DNA from: Mycolicibacterium smegmatis
GTDB taxonomy: Bacteria; Actinomycetota; Actinomycetes; Mycobacteriales; Mycobacteriaceae
Direction of reading: 5' to 3'
Assembly: GCF_001457595.1 (NCBI RefSeq)
Contig: NZ_LN831039.1
Coordinates: forward strand, 4,470,001 to 4,502,000
Length of the DNA stretch: 32,000 bases
Below are positions 19,373 through 27,558 of the stretch, piece by piece; the first letter of the stretch is position 1; every line of letters begins with the position of its first letter. Position numbers and translations under genes: made by a program. The notes beneath the pieces were generated by a model that ran no database searches, was not told the origin of the DNA, and saw only the letters and a list, made by a program, of their open reading frames with translations.

Positions 19373-20326
19373 GTGAAGCTCGGACTACGTCTGCCCCAGA
19401 GATTGAACGTCGACCTGCGCCACGACGTGGTCTTGGCCGCCAGGACCGCCGAGGCGGCCGGATTCGCCAGTCTGTGGACCTACGAACGCCTCCTGTTTCC
19501 CGCCAACCCAGTCGAGTCCTATGCCGGAACCGACGCGCCGTGGCCGACGCACTCGCGGCAGGCCGCCGATCCCCTCGCTGTCCTCACCGCGGCGGCGGTG
19601 GTCACCGAGACAGCGCGGTTGGGTACCTCGGTCCTGGTGGCCGGGTTGCACACACCCATCCAACTCGCCAAGGCGCTGGCGACGGTCGACCAGATCAGCG
19701 GCGGACGCATGATCGCGGGCCTGGGTACCGGGTGGTCCACCGACGAGTTCCGGGCCGCCGGGGCGCGCCGCGCCGACCGGGGCCCGCTTCTCGACGAGAC
19801 GCTCGATGTCCTCGACGCCGTCTGGGCCCGTGATCCGGTGACGTTCCGCAGCCCTCACGTGATCATCGATGATGCCGCGGTGCTCCCCAAACCGGTAGCG
19901 CAGATGCCGGTGTTGTTGGCCGGCGGCGGCAGCCTGCCTGATCGTTCCGCATCAAAAGCCATGCGGCGCATCGCCGCACGGGCCGATGGCTGGTTGCCGT
20001 TACTCACCGAACCCGGGCAGGCCGGAGCGACGCGACTACGCACCGACTGGGACCGCATCCGCGAACTGGCCGCAGAGCGCGGCCGAACCCCCGATGCCAT
20101 GGAGATGATCGTCGTCGGTAATGTGACCTTCACCGAACGCTCGGCCGGGCCGGATCGCCCGGCTTTCGTCGGAACATTCGATCAGATCGTCGAGGACGTG
20201 CACACCGCCGCCGAGGCCGGTGCGGACGAACTCATCGTCGATCTGAACCTGCAGGACTGGTTCACCAGCACACCGCAGATGCTGGAAACGGCAGTGCAGA
20301 TCCACGAACGCTTCGTGGCAGCCTGA
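19373..20326 (+). CDS. LLM class (probably F420-dependent) oxidoreductase
   Basis: MKLGLRLPQR, WTYERLLFP, LGTSVLVAGLHTPIQLAKALATVDQISGGRMIAGLGTGWSTDEF, MPVLLAGGG; GTG start. Confidence 0.92.
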   Translation: MKLGLRLPQRLNVDLRHDVVLAARTAEAAGFASLWTYERLLFPANPVESYAGTDAPWPTHSRQAADPLAVLTAAAVVTETARLGTSVLVAGLHTPIQLAKALATVDQISGGRMIAGLGTGWSTDEFRAAGARRADRGPLLDETLDVLDAVWARDPVTFRSPHVIIDDAAVLPKPVAQMPVLLAGGGSLPDRSASKAMRRIAARADGWLPLLTEPGQAGATRLRTDWDRIRELAAERGRTPDAMEMIVVGNVTFTERSAGPDRPAFVGTFDQIVEDVHTAAEAGADELIVDLNLQDWFTSTPQMLETAVQIHERFVAA

Positions 20327-20333
20327 CCAATGG

Positions 20334-20349
20334 TCGAACGTGTGTTCTA
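20334..20349. promoter_or_regulatory. Near-consensus mycobacterial LexA (SOS) box
   Basis: TCGAAC-GTGT-GTTCTA, one mismatch from the palindrome TCGAAC-N4-GTTCGA; overlaps a candidate -10 (TCTAAT, 20346-20351) 7 nt before the ATG at 20359. Confidence 0.7.
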
Positions 20350-20358
20350 ATGGAGCCC

Positions 20359-20727
20359 ATGACTGTAGACGCTTCGCCTGACACCGTCACCCCGCCCGCC
20401 GAGAACACCGCGCCGGAGAGTACGCCCGCGAAGGCCCCGCGGAAGGCTGCGGGCAAGCGGTCCAAGACCATCGAACTCACTCTCACCGTCACCGGCACCG
20501 CAGACGGCGAGTGGCGCGCCGATCTCAAGCACGGCAGCACCTTCCTCGCCCGCAATCTCTCGGTCACGGCCGCCGCGGTGTCGCGCGCGGCCAAGGAACT
20601 GCACCAGGAGATCTCGACCCCACTCGACGCCGTGATCGATGAGGCACGCGCGCAGCAGGCCGCGCGGGTCGCCGCCCTGGAGGCCGAACTCGAGGCTGCG
20701 CGTAAGGCACTCGCCGACCTGAACTGA
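20359..20727 (+). CDS. Small conserved-looking hypothetical protein, basic/proline-rich N-terminus, coiled C-terminus (possibly DUF6319-type)
   Basis: MTVDASPDTVTPPAENTAPESTPAKAPRKAAGKRSKTIELTLTVTG...VSRAAKELHQEISTPLDAVIDEARAQQAARVAALEAELEAARKALADLN; alternative start 20350. Confidence 0.7.
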   Translation: MTVDASPDTVTPPAENTAPESTPAKAPRKAAGKRSKTIELTLTVTGTADGEWRADLKHGSTFLARNLSVTAAAVSRAAKELHQEISTPLDAVIDEARAQQAARVAALEAELEAARKALADLN

Positions 20728-20734
20728 TTGCGGC

Positions 20735-21817
20735 TCACGGCGCGACGGCGTACCGCGGCTTCGGGCCTGGCGCATCGAGCAGCAGACCGGCAATGCGGTC
20801 CAGCGGAACGGGATCGGCGACGAGGTCGGCCCATGGGAACCGATCCTTGGTGCGTTGCAGAAAGTTCAACGCCTGCAGCAGATGCCGGGGTTCGTAGTTG
20901 TGGACGCCGACCAGGGTGAGATGCCGGCGCACCACGGCCTCCGGGTCCACCGCGATGTCGCCGTCGGGAGCGACCGACCCGGCGAACACCGCGACACCGG
21001 AGACATCGAGAGTACGCAGGCCGGCCTGCAGCGCTGCGGACTTACCGGAGAACTCGAGCAGGACGTCGCACTCCTCGATCTCGTTCACCGACTCGGCGGT
21101 CACTTCGGCCCCGAAATGCGCTGCGATTTCACGCCGTTCGGCCGACGGGTCGACCGCGGTGACCGTGCTGGCGCCGAGGTCGGCGGCCGCGGCGAGCGCG
21201 GTGAGCCCCAGCATGCCCGCACCGATCACCACCACCCGCCGTCCCCCGACCGGCAGGGCGCGCTCGATCACCGCCATCACGGTCGCCGTCGCACAGGCCG
21301 CGGGTGCGGCAAGCGCATCGGCGATGTCGTCGGCGACGACGGCCACCGGCATGCCGCGCGGCAACACCACATGCCCGGCGTAGCCGCCCGACAAGGGCCA
21401 TGCGGAGTACAGGGATTCGTGTCCGGCCTTGCGGAGCGTGCGGCATTTCGCGGTGACGCCCGCAACACACCGGTCGCAGGTGCCACACGGCAGCGTCACC
21501 GACCAGACCACGCGTCGGCCTTTGCCGAGTGGGTTCCCGTCCACCGCAAGCGGTTCACCGTCGCCGAGTGCCACGATCTCTCCCACCGTCTCGTGTCCGA
21601 GGACCGACGGACAAGGCTGCGGGCGTCGGCCTGTCACGGTGTGCCGGTCGCTGCCGCACACCGTCGCCAGGCGCACCCGCACCAGCACCTCACCGGTCTG
21701 CAGCACGGGCAGCGGCACCGACTCGATGACGACGTCGCCGCCGCCGCGCCAGATCGCCGCGCGGGTGTGGGAGAGCTCGGTGAAAGTCGTTGCGTTTTCT
21801 TCCACTTGGCTGGTCAT
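20735..21817 (-). CDS. Zinc-type alcohol dehydrogenase, of the type often found near phosphonatase-like genes
   Basis: ATVCGSDRHTVTG, LGHETVGEIVALG, CGTCDRCVAGVTAKC structural-Zn-like cysteines, VVVIGAGMLGLTALAAAADLGA Rossmann motif. Confidence 0.88.
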   Translation of the reverse strand: MTSQVEENATTFTELSHTRAAIWRGGGDVVIESVPLPVLQTGEVLVRVRLATVCGSDRHTVTGRRPQPCPSVLGHETVGEIVALGDGEPLAVDGNPLGKGRRVVWSVTLPCGTCDRCVAGVTAKCRTLRKAGHESLYSAWPLSGGYAGHVVLPRGMPVAVVADDIADALAAPAACATATVMAVIERALPVGGRRVVVIGAGMLGLTALAAAADLGASTVTAVDPSAERREIAAHFGAEVTAESVNEIEECDVLLEFSGKSAALQAGLRTLDVSGVAVFAGSVAPDGDIAVDPEAVVRRHLTLVGVHNYEPRHLLQALNFLQRTKDRFPWADLVADPVPLDRIAGLLLDAPGPKPRYAVAP

Positions 21818-22515
21818 GACGCAGTCGCGGCGGTGCGCGTCACGCCGAACAGTTCAGGCAGGTCGGCCACCGAGGACAGCAGGTGGGTGTGCGGATGCGC
21901 ACTCAGTTCGGCCTCATCACTCGCCCCCGAGAGCACGCCGACGACATAGCCTGCCCCTGCGTTGATGCCCGCCTGCAGGTCGCGCGGGGTGTCCCCCGCC
22001 ACGAGTACGCGCGAGATATCCTGCACACCAGAGTGTTCCATGGCGCGGTAGATCATGTACGGCGCCGGGCGGCCCGCGGCCACGTCACTGCCGCACACGA
22101 CGGTGTCCACCACGGAATCCCCGTCCCAGCCCAACGAGGCGAGCAACGCGTCGACGATGTCACGGTCGAACCCGGTGTTGAGCGCAACCTTGATACCCGA
22201 CGCGCGCAGATCCCGGATGGCGTCGGGCACACCCGGCAGCGGCACAGGCGGATGTTCGGCGTACGCCGCCTTCAGGCGGGCCCTGAAGTCCTCGACGATC
22301 ACCTGCAGTGCCGCGTCGTCAGCCGGGGCCAGAAGGGCGCGCAGCGCCTCATGTTTGGCCGCGCCGTGCCACTTGGCGATGTCGGCCTCGGACGGCGTAC
22401 CGCCATGGGCGACGACCGTCTGTTCGAGGACGCGGTACACCGCAGACCCCTCGTCGACCGTGGTGCCCGCGATGTCGAGTACGACGAGTTCGGGCCGACG
22501 GACCGTGCTGCTCAT
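21814..22515 (-). CDS. HAD-superfamily phosphonatase-like (PhnX-like) hydrolase
   Basis: LVVLDIAGTTVDEGSAVYRVLEQTVVAHGG, WHGAAKHEALRALL, NTGFDRDIVDALL, VLVAGDTPRDLQAGINAGAG; start at 22515 with GGAAGGA RBS; ATGA overlap with the ADH. Confidence 0.88.
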   Translation of the reverse strand: MSSTVRRPELVVLDIAGTTVDEGSAVYRVLEQTVVAHGGTPSEADIAKWHGAAKHEALRALLAPADDAALQVIVEDFRARLKAAYAEHPPVPLPGVPDAIRDLRASGIKVALNTGFDRDIVDALLASLGWDGDSVVDTVVCGSDVAAGRPAPYMIYRAMEHSGVQDISRVLVAGDTPRDLQAGINAGAGYVVGVLSGASDEAELSAHPHTHLLSSVADLPELFGVTRTAATAS

Positions 22516-22922
22516 GCGTGTTCCTTCCGAGATGTTCATGCGGTACAGACACACCTGACTATACAAGTCGATTCCTCAAGAACATCGCTGCCGGCCCCAT
22601 GAGAACAAAGGCTTTGACTGCCATTCACGCCGAGTTCAGCACCAGTTCCGGATCTCATTGCCGCGGCTCGACGATCACCGACGGTGAAGGTCTCATTGCG
22701 GCGGAATTAGTGCACTTCTCGCCTGCAAGGCCGAATGCGCATGTCGTCTCTCGCGTCGACAAACACGTGCCAACTAGGAACAGCCCCCTCAGCCGCACCC
22801 ACAGGTTGCCGAGCCTCCTCAGCCCCACGTCGGCAGATTCGGGGCGCTCCATCTCATTTTTCGCGCCACAGAAGAAACATCAGCAACTCTGACATCATTG
22901 TCAATTAATGAGTTTCATTCAG

Positions 22923-22952
22923 TTGCCAGAAGTTTCCCACGACCTTTATATT
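22923..22952 (+). promoter_or_regulatory. Candidate sigma70/SigA-type promoter for the small secreted protein
   Basis: TTGCCA (22923-22928) - 18 nt - TATATT (22947-22952), followed by AAGGGGG RBS and ATG at 22974, in an unusually AT-rich intergenic patch. Confidence 0.5.
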
Positions 22953-22973
22953 CCCAGTTAAGGGGGTCGTATT

Positions 22974-23366
22974 ATGAGATTCAAGTTCGCTGTTGCCATT
23001 GCCTGGTTCGCCGTCGCGGCGCTATCCGTTACTCCGTCCGCAAACGCTGACGTGCAACCCGGCTGCGAAAGCGTTCCGTGGGGATTCCTCGGGACCCAAA
23101 CGCGCAGCATCTGCGACGAACCGATGCGGCCGGACGGAAGCTGGGTGCGCTATCGCATGGTGTGGATACCGGCTCATTACGTGCCCATCCGCACGAGTTG
23201 CGGCACCTACAGTTGCACCACGAGTGGCGGCTACTGGCAAGACGAGCAGGTGTTTGAAAAGGTGAGATACCCCGTGCGACCGGAGACGGTAGTCCCAGGC
23301 GAGCCGGGATGGTTGCCACCGAAGTACACCGATTCGGGCGGTTTCACACCGATCAATTTCAACTAG
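22974..23366 (+). CDS. Small secreted Cys-containing protein (mycobacterial CDGP-domain-like)
   Basis: Signal peptide MRFKFAVAIAWFAVAALSVTPSANA, then QPGCESVPWGFLGTQTRSICDEPMRPDGSWVRYRMVWIPAHYVP...CGTYSCT. Confidence 0.75.
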   Translation: MRFKFAVAIAWFAVAALSVTPSANADVQPGCESVPWGFLGTQTRSICDEPMRPDGSWVRYRMVWIPAHYVPIRTSCGTYSCTTSGGYWQDEQVFEKVRYPVRPETVVPGEPGWLPPKYTDSGGFTPINFN

Positions 23367-23532
23367 CGCAACGGCCTTCCTCGGCGCGCCCAAGCTGCGA
23401 TACGGCTTCAGCTGTACATATAGGTACGGAGAAGACGATTGACGTCAGGGTGATGGTTGGCAGATCGATCCCCGGACCACGCAGTTGCCAAAAATCGCAC
23501 CGGCACCGGAGACCGCAACTCGTCTCAACGGC

Positions 23533-24147
23533 TCACGTCGCGCCGGCAGCCAACAACAGTCGCAACCGGCGGCGACCGCGGTACAGACGCGACATGATGG
23601 TGCCTTCGCTGCACGCCATGATCTCGGCGATCTCGCGGTAGCGAAGCCCCACCACGTCGCGGTAGTAGATCGCCAGCCGGAACTGCTCCGGCAGTGTCGC
23701 CAAGGCACCGGCGAGTTCGATGTTGGGCAGCGCATCGAGCGCGTCGAGTTCGGCCGACTGCGACCGACGATCCTGCGCGGCCATTTGATGATCGCTGGTG
23801 TGATCGCACAGGTACTCGCTCGGGCGGCGTCGTGCGCGGCGGAGCCCGCTGATGTAGGTGTTGGTCATGATGTGAAGCAGCCACGCCCGGAGGTTGGTTC
23901 CCTCGCGGAAGGTGCCGAAGCCGGTGTAGGCTCTCAACATCGTTTCCTGCACCAGGTCTTCGGCGTCCACCGGGTTCCGCGTCAATCGTCTAGCGCGACT
24001 ACGGAGTTGGCTCATATACGGAAGCGTTTCGTTGACGAATCGCGCACTCAGTTCCGTGTCATTCGCTGCTGGCGCCGGTTCGGTGCCTGCAGTGTGTTGT
24101 GATGTCACCATTGCTACACCCTCACCCGGTTCGGGGTGAGTTGTCAT
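23533..24147 (-). CDS. ECF sigma factor, SigH/SigR-like (sigma70 region 2 and 4)
   Basis: [53 protein letters not shown] (region 2) and [45 protein letters not shown] (region 4). Confidence 0.94.
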   Translation of the reverse strand: MTTHPEPGEGVAMVTSQHTAGTEPAPAANDTELSARFVNETLPYMSQLRSRARRLTRNPVDAEDLVQETMLRAYTGFGTFREGTNLRAWLLHIMTNTYISGLRRARRRPSEYLCDHTSDHQMAAQDRRSQSAELDALDALPNIELAGALATLPEQFRLAIYYRDVVGLRYREIAEIMACSEGTIMSRLYRGRRRLRLLLAAGAT

Positions 24148-24212
24148 CGTCCGACCGTCGAACCCACCCGGGTGATCCCGTTGCTAAACAACGCGTTTCG
24201 ACGTCAAACGCG

Positions 24213-24515
24213 CTAGCGCGTAGGCGGTGGACGTCGACGGTCGGCCGTCCACTGGTCTTCGATGCGCCTCACGCGGCGATTCTCCATGACGAACCACAGC
24301 GTGCCCGCGATGGCGCCGAGAACGGCGATGAGAACCATCGTGGATACCCACTCATAACGACGATAAGCGGTGGCGGCCACCACACCGGTCAGACCGGACG
24401 CCGCGACCACCAACAAAATCAAGCCCGGCCAGTAGAAGTTGTCCTTAACCGCCAGACCCGCATGCGGTTGTGCAGTCCGGAAATGGTCCGCCGGATCCAG
24501 GTTTGTGTCGCCCAT
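24213..24515 (-). CDS. Small membrane protein, two predicted TM segments
   Basis: MGDTNLDPADHFRT...FYWPGLILLVVAASGLTGVVAATAYRRYEWVSTMVLIAVLGAIAGTLWFVMENRR; GAAGGAAAGG RBS region upstream of 24515. Confidence 0.65.
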   Translation of the reverse strand: MGDTNLDPADHFRTAQPHAGLAVKDNFYWPGLILLVVAASGLTGVVAATAYRRYEWVSTMVLIAVLGAIAGTLWFVMENRRVRRIEDQWTADRRRPPPTR

Positions 24516-24548
24516 CGCCCTTTCCTTCGTTGTCGATATCGTCAAGCG

Positions 24549-24968
24549 TCAGATCGAGTCGGCGCTGTCTCGGATGAGCAACTCGGGCAACGCGATCGCC
24601 GCGATCGTGGTCACCAGCCACACCACAAGCGTCGTCGCCGACCAAGGTGCGGCACCGCCCACGGCGAGGCCGTGCGGCAATACCGAAGCGAGAGTCAACG
24701 CCACGGCCGTCACGATCAGGCCTGTGCCGCCGAGAAGCAGCGACGCATAGCGGTGGGGCAATCTCAGAACCGACAAGGACAGAACCGCCTGTGTTGCCGC
24801 AAATATCGACACCGCGGCCACGAAGCCCGGAACTGTCAGCGAGATCCCGGGAATGATCCAAGCGGCGACCAGCAGGCCCGTGGCCCACGAAGAAAGAAAC
24901 AATGCGGCCCGGATCAAGATTCTTCTGATGAACTTGGCGCACAACTGAATTCGCCTGCCCACATCCAC
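24549..24968 (-). CDS. Four-TM membrane protein, phage-holin-family-like
   Basis: Hydrophobic segments AALFLSSWATGLLVAAWIIPGISL, FVAAVSIFAATQAVLSLSV, YASLLLGGTGLIVTAVALTL, TLVVWLVTTIAAIALPELL. Confidence 0.65.
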   Translation of the reverse strand: MDVGRRIQLCAKFIRRILIRAALFLSSWATGLLVAAWIIPGISLTVPGFVAAVSIFAATQAVLSLSVLRLPHRYASLLLGGTGLIVTAVALTLASVLPHGLAVGGAAPWSATTLVVWLVTTIAAIALPELLIRDSADSI

Positions 24969-24985
24969 GATACGTTCGCCTCGCC

Positions 24986-25504
24986 CTAGGCGCCGGATCT
25001 ACCCAGGATGCTCTTGCCCGGCGCCCGGGCCGCCGCGACAGCGTCGGCGAGCAGCCACAACGACAGGCCGAGAAGCGCGATGTCCTTCATCAGGAACTGA
25101 CCGTTGGCCGACAGTACGGGCCAGCCACCGGCGGATGCTTCGCCCACGTCGGGAGTGGTGATCATGAAGCTGAGAGTGGTCAAGAAGAACAGTGAGGAGA
25201 TCACACCACCGAGGACGGACGCCTTGGGATACCACGGCTTGAGTGCCAACAGCGTCGCCGTGATCAGTTCGACGATCCCGAGAAGCCGACCGAAGTTCCT
25301 GATGGAGACCAGGTCGAAGATCCAGCTCAAGAACGGACTGTTCGCGATCAGAGGCGAAATACCGTGAGACTCATAGTAGGTGAACTTCATCGCGCCGAAC
25401 CATACGAGCACTATGACCAACGCATAGCGGGCCACGAGCGGAGCCGCGGTGATCAGCCGGGGGCTCCTCAACTCATCTGTCTTCGTGTCATCGACCTGTG
25501 ACAT
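24986..25504 (-). CDS. DUF417 family membrane protein (YkgB/RclC-like)
   Basis: YALVIVLVWFGAMKFTYYESHGISPLIANSPFLSWIF, GIVELITATLLALKPW, SFMITTPDVG...FLMKDIALLGLSLWLL; ATG at 25504 with GGAGACAGG upstream. Confidence 0.85.
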   Translation of the reverse strand: MSQVDDTKTDELRSPRLITAAPLVARYALVIVLVWFGAMKFTYYESHGISPLIANSPFLSWIFDLVSIRNFGRLLGIVELITATLLALKPWYPKASVLGGVISSLFFLTTLSFMITTPDVGEASAGGWPVLSANGQFLMKDIALLGLSLWLLADAVAAARAPGKSILGRSGA

Positions 25505-25672
25505 TCCTGTCTCCGTTCGTATCTCATCGCGCCACTCTGGCCGCCGAGAGCCCTCTGCCTCCCCTGCCCACCAAGCCGAGGCGGTGCAGTTGCCCCCGTG
25601 GCTCATACAGCTAGCACTCTCGGCGGAAACGGGGTGACATGTCTTCACCCGACAGCACGTTCACCCGGGTGA

Positions 25673-25822
25673 TCATCCGAGGCTGGGATACCGACCTGGT
25701 TCAGATCCTGGCTCTGTCCGGTACCTCACGAACCAGCAGTTCTCCCATGCGGGACGATGCTTGATGAACCCAGCGACCGAACCTGCGGCCAGCACAATGA
25801 GCGCGTTCACGGTCAGGATCAC
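25673..25822 (-). CDS. Possible unannotated 49-aa single-TM peptide
   Basis: GTG start at 25822 with GGAGGG upstream: VILTVNALIVLAAGSVAGFIKHRPAWENCWFVRYRTEPGSEPGRYPSLG; not in the provided ORF track. Confidence 0.4.
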   Translation of the reverse strand: MILTVNALIVLAAGSVAGFIKHRPAWENCWFVRYRTEPGSEPGRYPSLG

Positions 25823-25918
25823 CGCAACCTGCGTCCCTCCGAACAGACTGATTCATGCGACCCGAACTGCTCCTGAGTTCGGTGGGCACCGCTCATCACA
25901 CCAGGTTGACCGGAGTCA

Positions 25919-26191
25919 TCAGCGCGCCAGCGGTATCCGCCAGGAGTCGGCCCCGCGAAGGTCCAGCCACACATCCGTCGGGGTCCGCGCCAACCGTGCC
26001 AACACGTGTTCGCAGGCCGGGCATCGCACCACGATGCCCGGTGCACGATCGTAGACGTGGCTCTCGGCGAACGCCGCGCTGCGCCCACAGCCGGCGCAGG
26101 TCAACGTCGCGACGGTGACATCGAATCCCAGTACTTCCGCGAAGGCACCCGCGGCGGAGTTGCCGTCGACGTGTATCGATACTTCCATCAT
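25919..26191 (-). CDS. Small double-CxxC (zinc-ribbon/DUF6510-like) protein
   Basis: LTCAGCGRSAAFAESHVYDRAPGIVVRCPACEHVLARL: two CxxC knuckles; directly downstream of the FAD reductase gene. Confidence 0.75.
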   Translation of the reverse strand: MMEVSIHVDGNSAAGAFAEVLGFDVTVATLTCAGCGRSAAFAESHVYDRAPGIVVRCPACEHVLARLARTPTDVWLDLRGADSWRIPLAR

Positions 26192-26205
26192 TCCTTCTTC
26201 CTCGA

Positions 26206-26946
26206 TCAGCCGCTCGGGCCGAACCGCTCGGTCCGGATGGTCGATGCCGGATGCCCCAGCCCGATCAGCTTCGTCGTCACCGATTCCACGAATCCCGTGG
26301 GCCCACAGACGTAGATGCGCACATCGTCATCGGGTGTCCACCCCGCGGCCTCGAGATCATCGACATCAACCCGTCCAGGTGGCCGGACCGTCTCCGCGGT
26401 TGCCTCGCGCGTGTAGATCACCGCGACGTGCAGCCAGCCGCACTCGCGGTCGAGCTGCTCCAGCTCCTTGGCGTAGTACACATCGGCCGGACTGCGCACG
26501 GAGTAGATGAGACGAAAATTTCTGCTGCCCACACGTTCCCGCTGACGGATCATCGCCATCAACGGCACGATTCCCGACCCGCCCGCGATCAGGAGGATCT
26601 GAGACCGTTCCTCCGGACGCCACACGAACCAGCCACCGATGGGTCCACGAAGTTCGACCTCCTCGGCGGGGCCCATGCCCACGAGGTACGGTGACACCTC
26701 CCCATCGGCGACCACCTGCACCGTGAGTTCGACCTGTTCCCCGTCGGTGGGTCGGCCCAGTGAGTAACTACGCTGTGCGCTGTAGCCGTCTTCGGCGGTC
26801 AGTTTGACGTCGACGTGTTGACCGGCGAGGTGACCGGCCCAACCCGGCACGATCAACCTGATCGTGCGCGCGGAACCCGTCTCGGGCGTCGAGTCCACCA
26901 CTCGGGCAACGCGCCATCGTGACCTCGGTGTCACGCCGTCGGCCAC
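26206..26946 (-). CDS. FAD/NAD(P)-binding ferredoxin-reductase-like oxidoreductase (no C-terminal 2Fe-2S domain)
   Basis: RSYSLG (FAD-binding RxYS), GGSGIVPLMAMIRQ (NAD-binding), YVCGPTGFVESV; ends at ERFGPSG with no plant-type ferredoxin Cys cluster. Confidence 0.92.
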   Translation of the reverse strand: MADGVTPRSRWRVARVVDSTPETGSARTIRLIVPGWAGHLAGQHVDVKLTAEDGYSAQRSYSLGRPTDGEQVELTVQVVADGEVSPYLVGMGPAEEVELRGPIGGWFVWRPEERSQILLIAGGSGIVPLMAMIRQRERVGSRNFRLIYSVRSPADVYYAKELEQLDRECGWLHVAVIYTREATAETVRPPGRVDVDDLEAAGWTPDDDVRIYVCGPTGFVESVTTKLIGLGHPASTIRTERFGPSG

Positions 26947-26949
26947 GAG

Positions 26950-27549
26950 TCAGTCTCCGGCGTAGCGCTGTTCACGCCACGGATCGCCGTAACGGTGATA
27001 ACCCAGGCGCTCCCAGAATCCGAGTTTCTCGCTGTCGCACAACTCGATGGATCTGACCCACTTCGCCGACTTCCAGAAGTACAGGTGCGGCACCAACAGC
27101 CGCGCCGGACCCCCGTGCACCGCAGGTAACGGTTCGCCCTGGTAGCCGTAGACGATCCAGGCCTTTCCACCGACGAGATCTGCGATCGGGATGTTGGTGG
27201 TGTAACCACCGTAGGAGCCGACCAACGCGAATTCCGCATCGGTGTCCACCGATTCGAAAAGCGTGTCCAACGAGACACCTTCCCATTGGGTGTCGAACTT
27301 GGACCATGTCGTGACGCAGTGGATATCGACCGTGAACCGTTCGTGGTGCAGTTCCTGCATCTGTTCCCAGGTCCATACATGTTCGTCACCTGACTCGTTG
27401 CGGATGGCGAACCGCCAGTCGGCGAGATTGATGCGCGGAGTGGGGCCTGCCTGCAGGACCGGGAAGTCCCCGGTCAGATGCTGGCCGGGGGGCAACGGCC
27501 GCGCGGAATCCACACGACGTCCGTGAAACCCTTTGTTGACGACACTCAT
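26950..27549 (-). CDS. Molybdopterin-dependent sulfite-oxidase-like oxidoreductase (YuiH/YedY-MsrP superfamily)
   Basis: IHCVTTWSKFDTQWEGVSLDTLF (Mo-ligand Cys motif HCVTxWS), GGYTTNIPIADL, LVPHLYFWKSAKWVRSIEL, GFWERLGYHRYGDPWREQRY. Confidence 0.92.
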   Translation of the reverse strand: MSVVNKGFHGRRVDSARPLPPGQHLTGDFPVLQAGPTPRINLADWRFAIRNESGDEHVWTWEQMQELHHERFTVDIHCVTTWSKFDTQWEGVSLDTLFESVDTDAEFALVGSYGGYTTNIPIADLVGGKAWIVYGYQGEPLPAVHGGPARLLVPHLYFWKSAKWVRSIELCDSEKLGFWERLGYHRYGDPWREQRYAGD

Positions 27550-27558
27550 TGGAACTCC

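Noticed and set aside
20855-22602. Plus-strand ORFs of 364 and 239 aa
   Set aside because: Antisense to the ADH/HAD pair, whose minus-strand reading has clear motifs and an ATGA junction.
22308-22892. 194-aa plus-strand ORF covering the 22566-22974 intergenic region
   Set aside because: Starts antisense to the HAD gene; no RBS and a composition unlike genuine proteins. The interval looks non-coding.
24148-24212. Possible SigF-type promoter (GTTTAG-N14-GGGTGG, minus strand) upstream of the ECF sigma gene
   Set aside because: GTTT-N16-GGGT spacing is suggestive but the -10-like part is not GGGTA(T); too weak to list without TSS data.
24099-24989. 296-aa plus-strand ORF opposite the small membrane genes
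   Set aside because: Arg/His/Gln-rich antisense translation; minus-strand ORFs encode convincing TM helices with RBSs.
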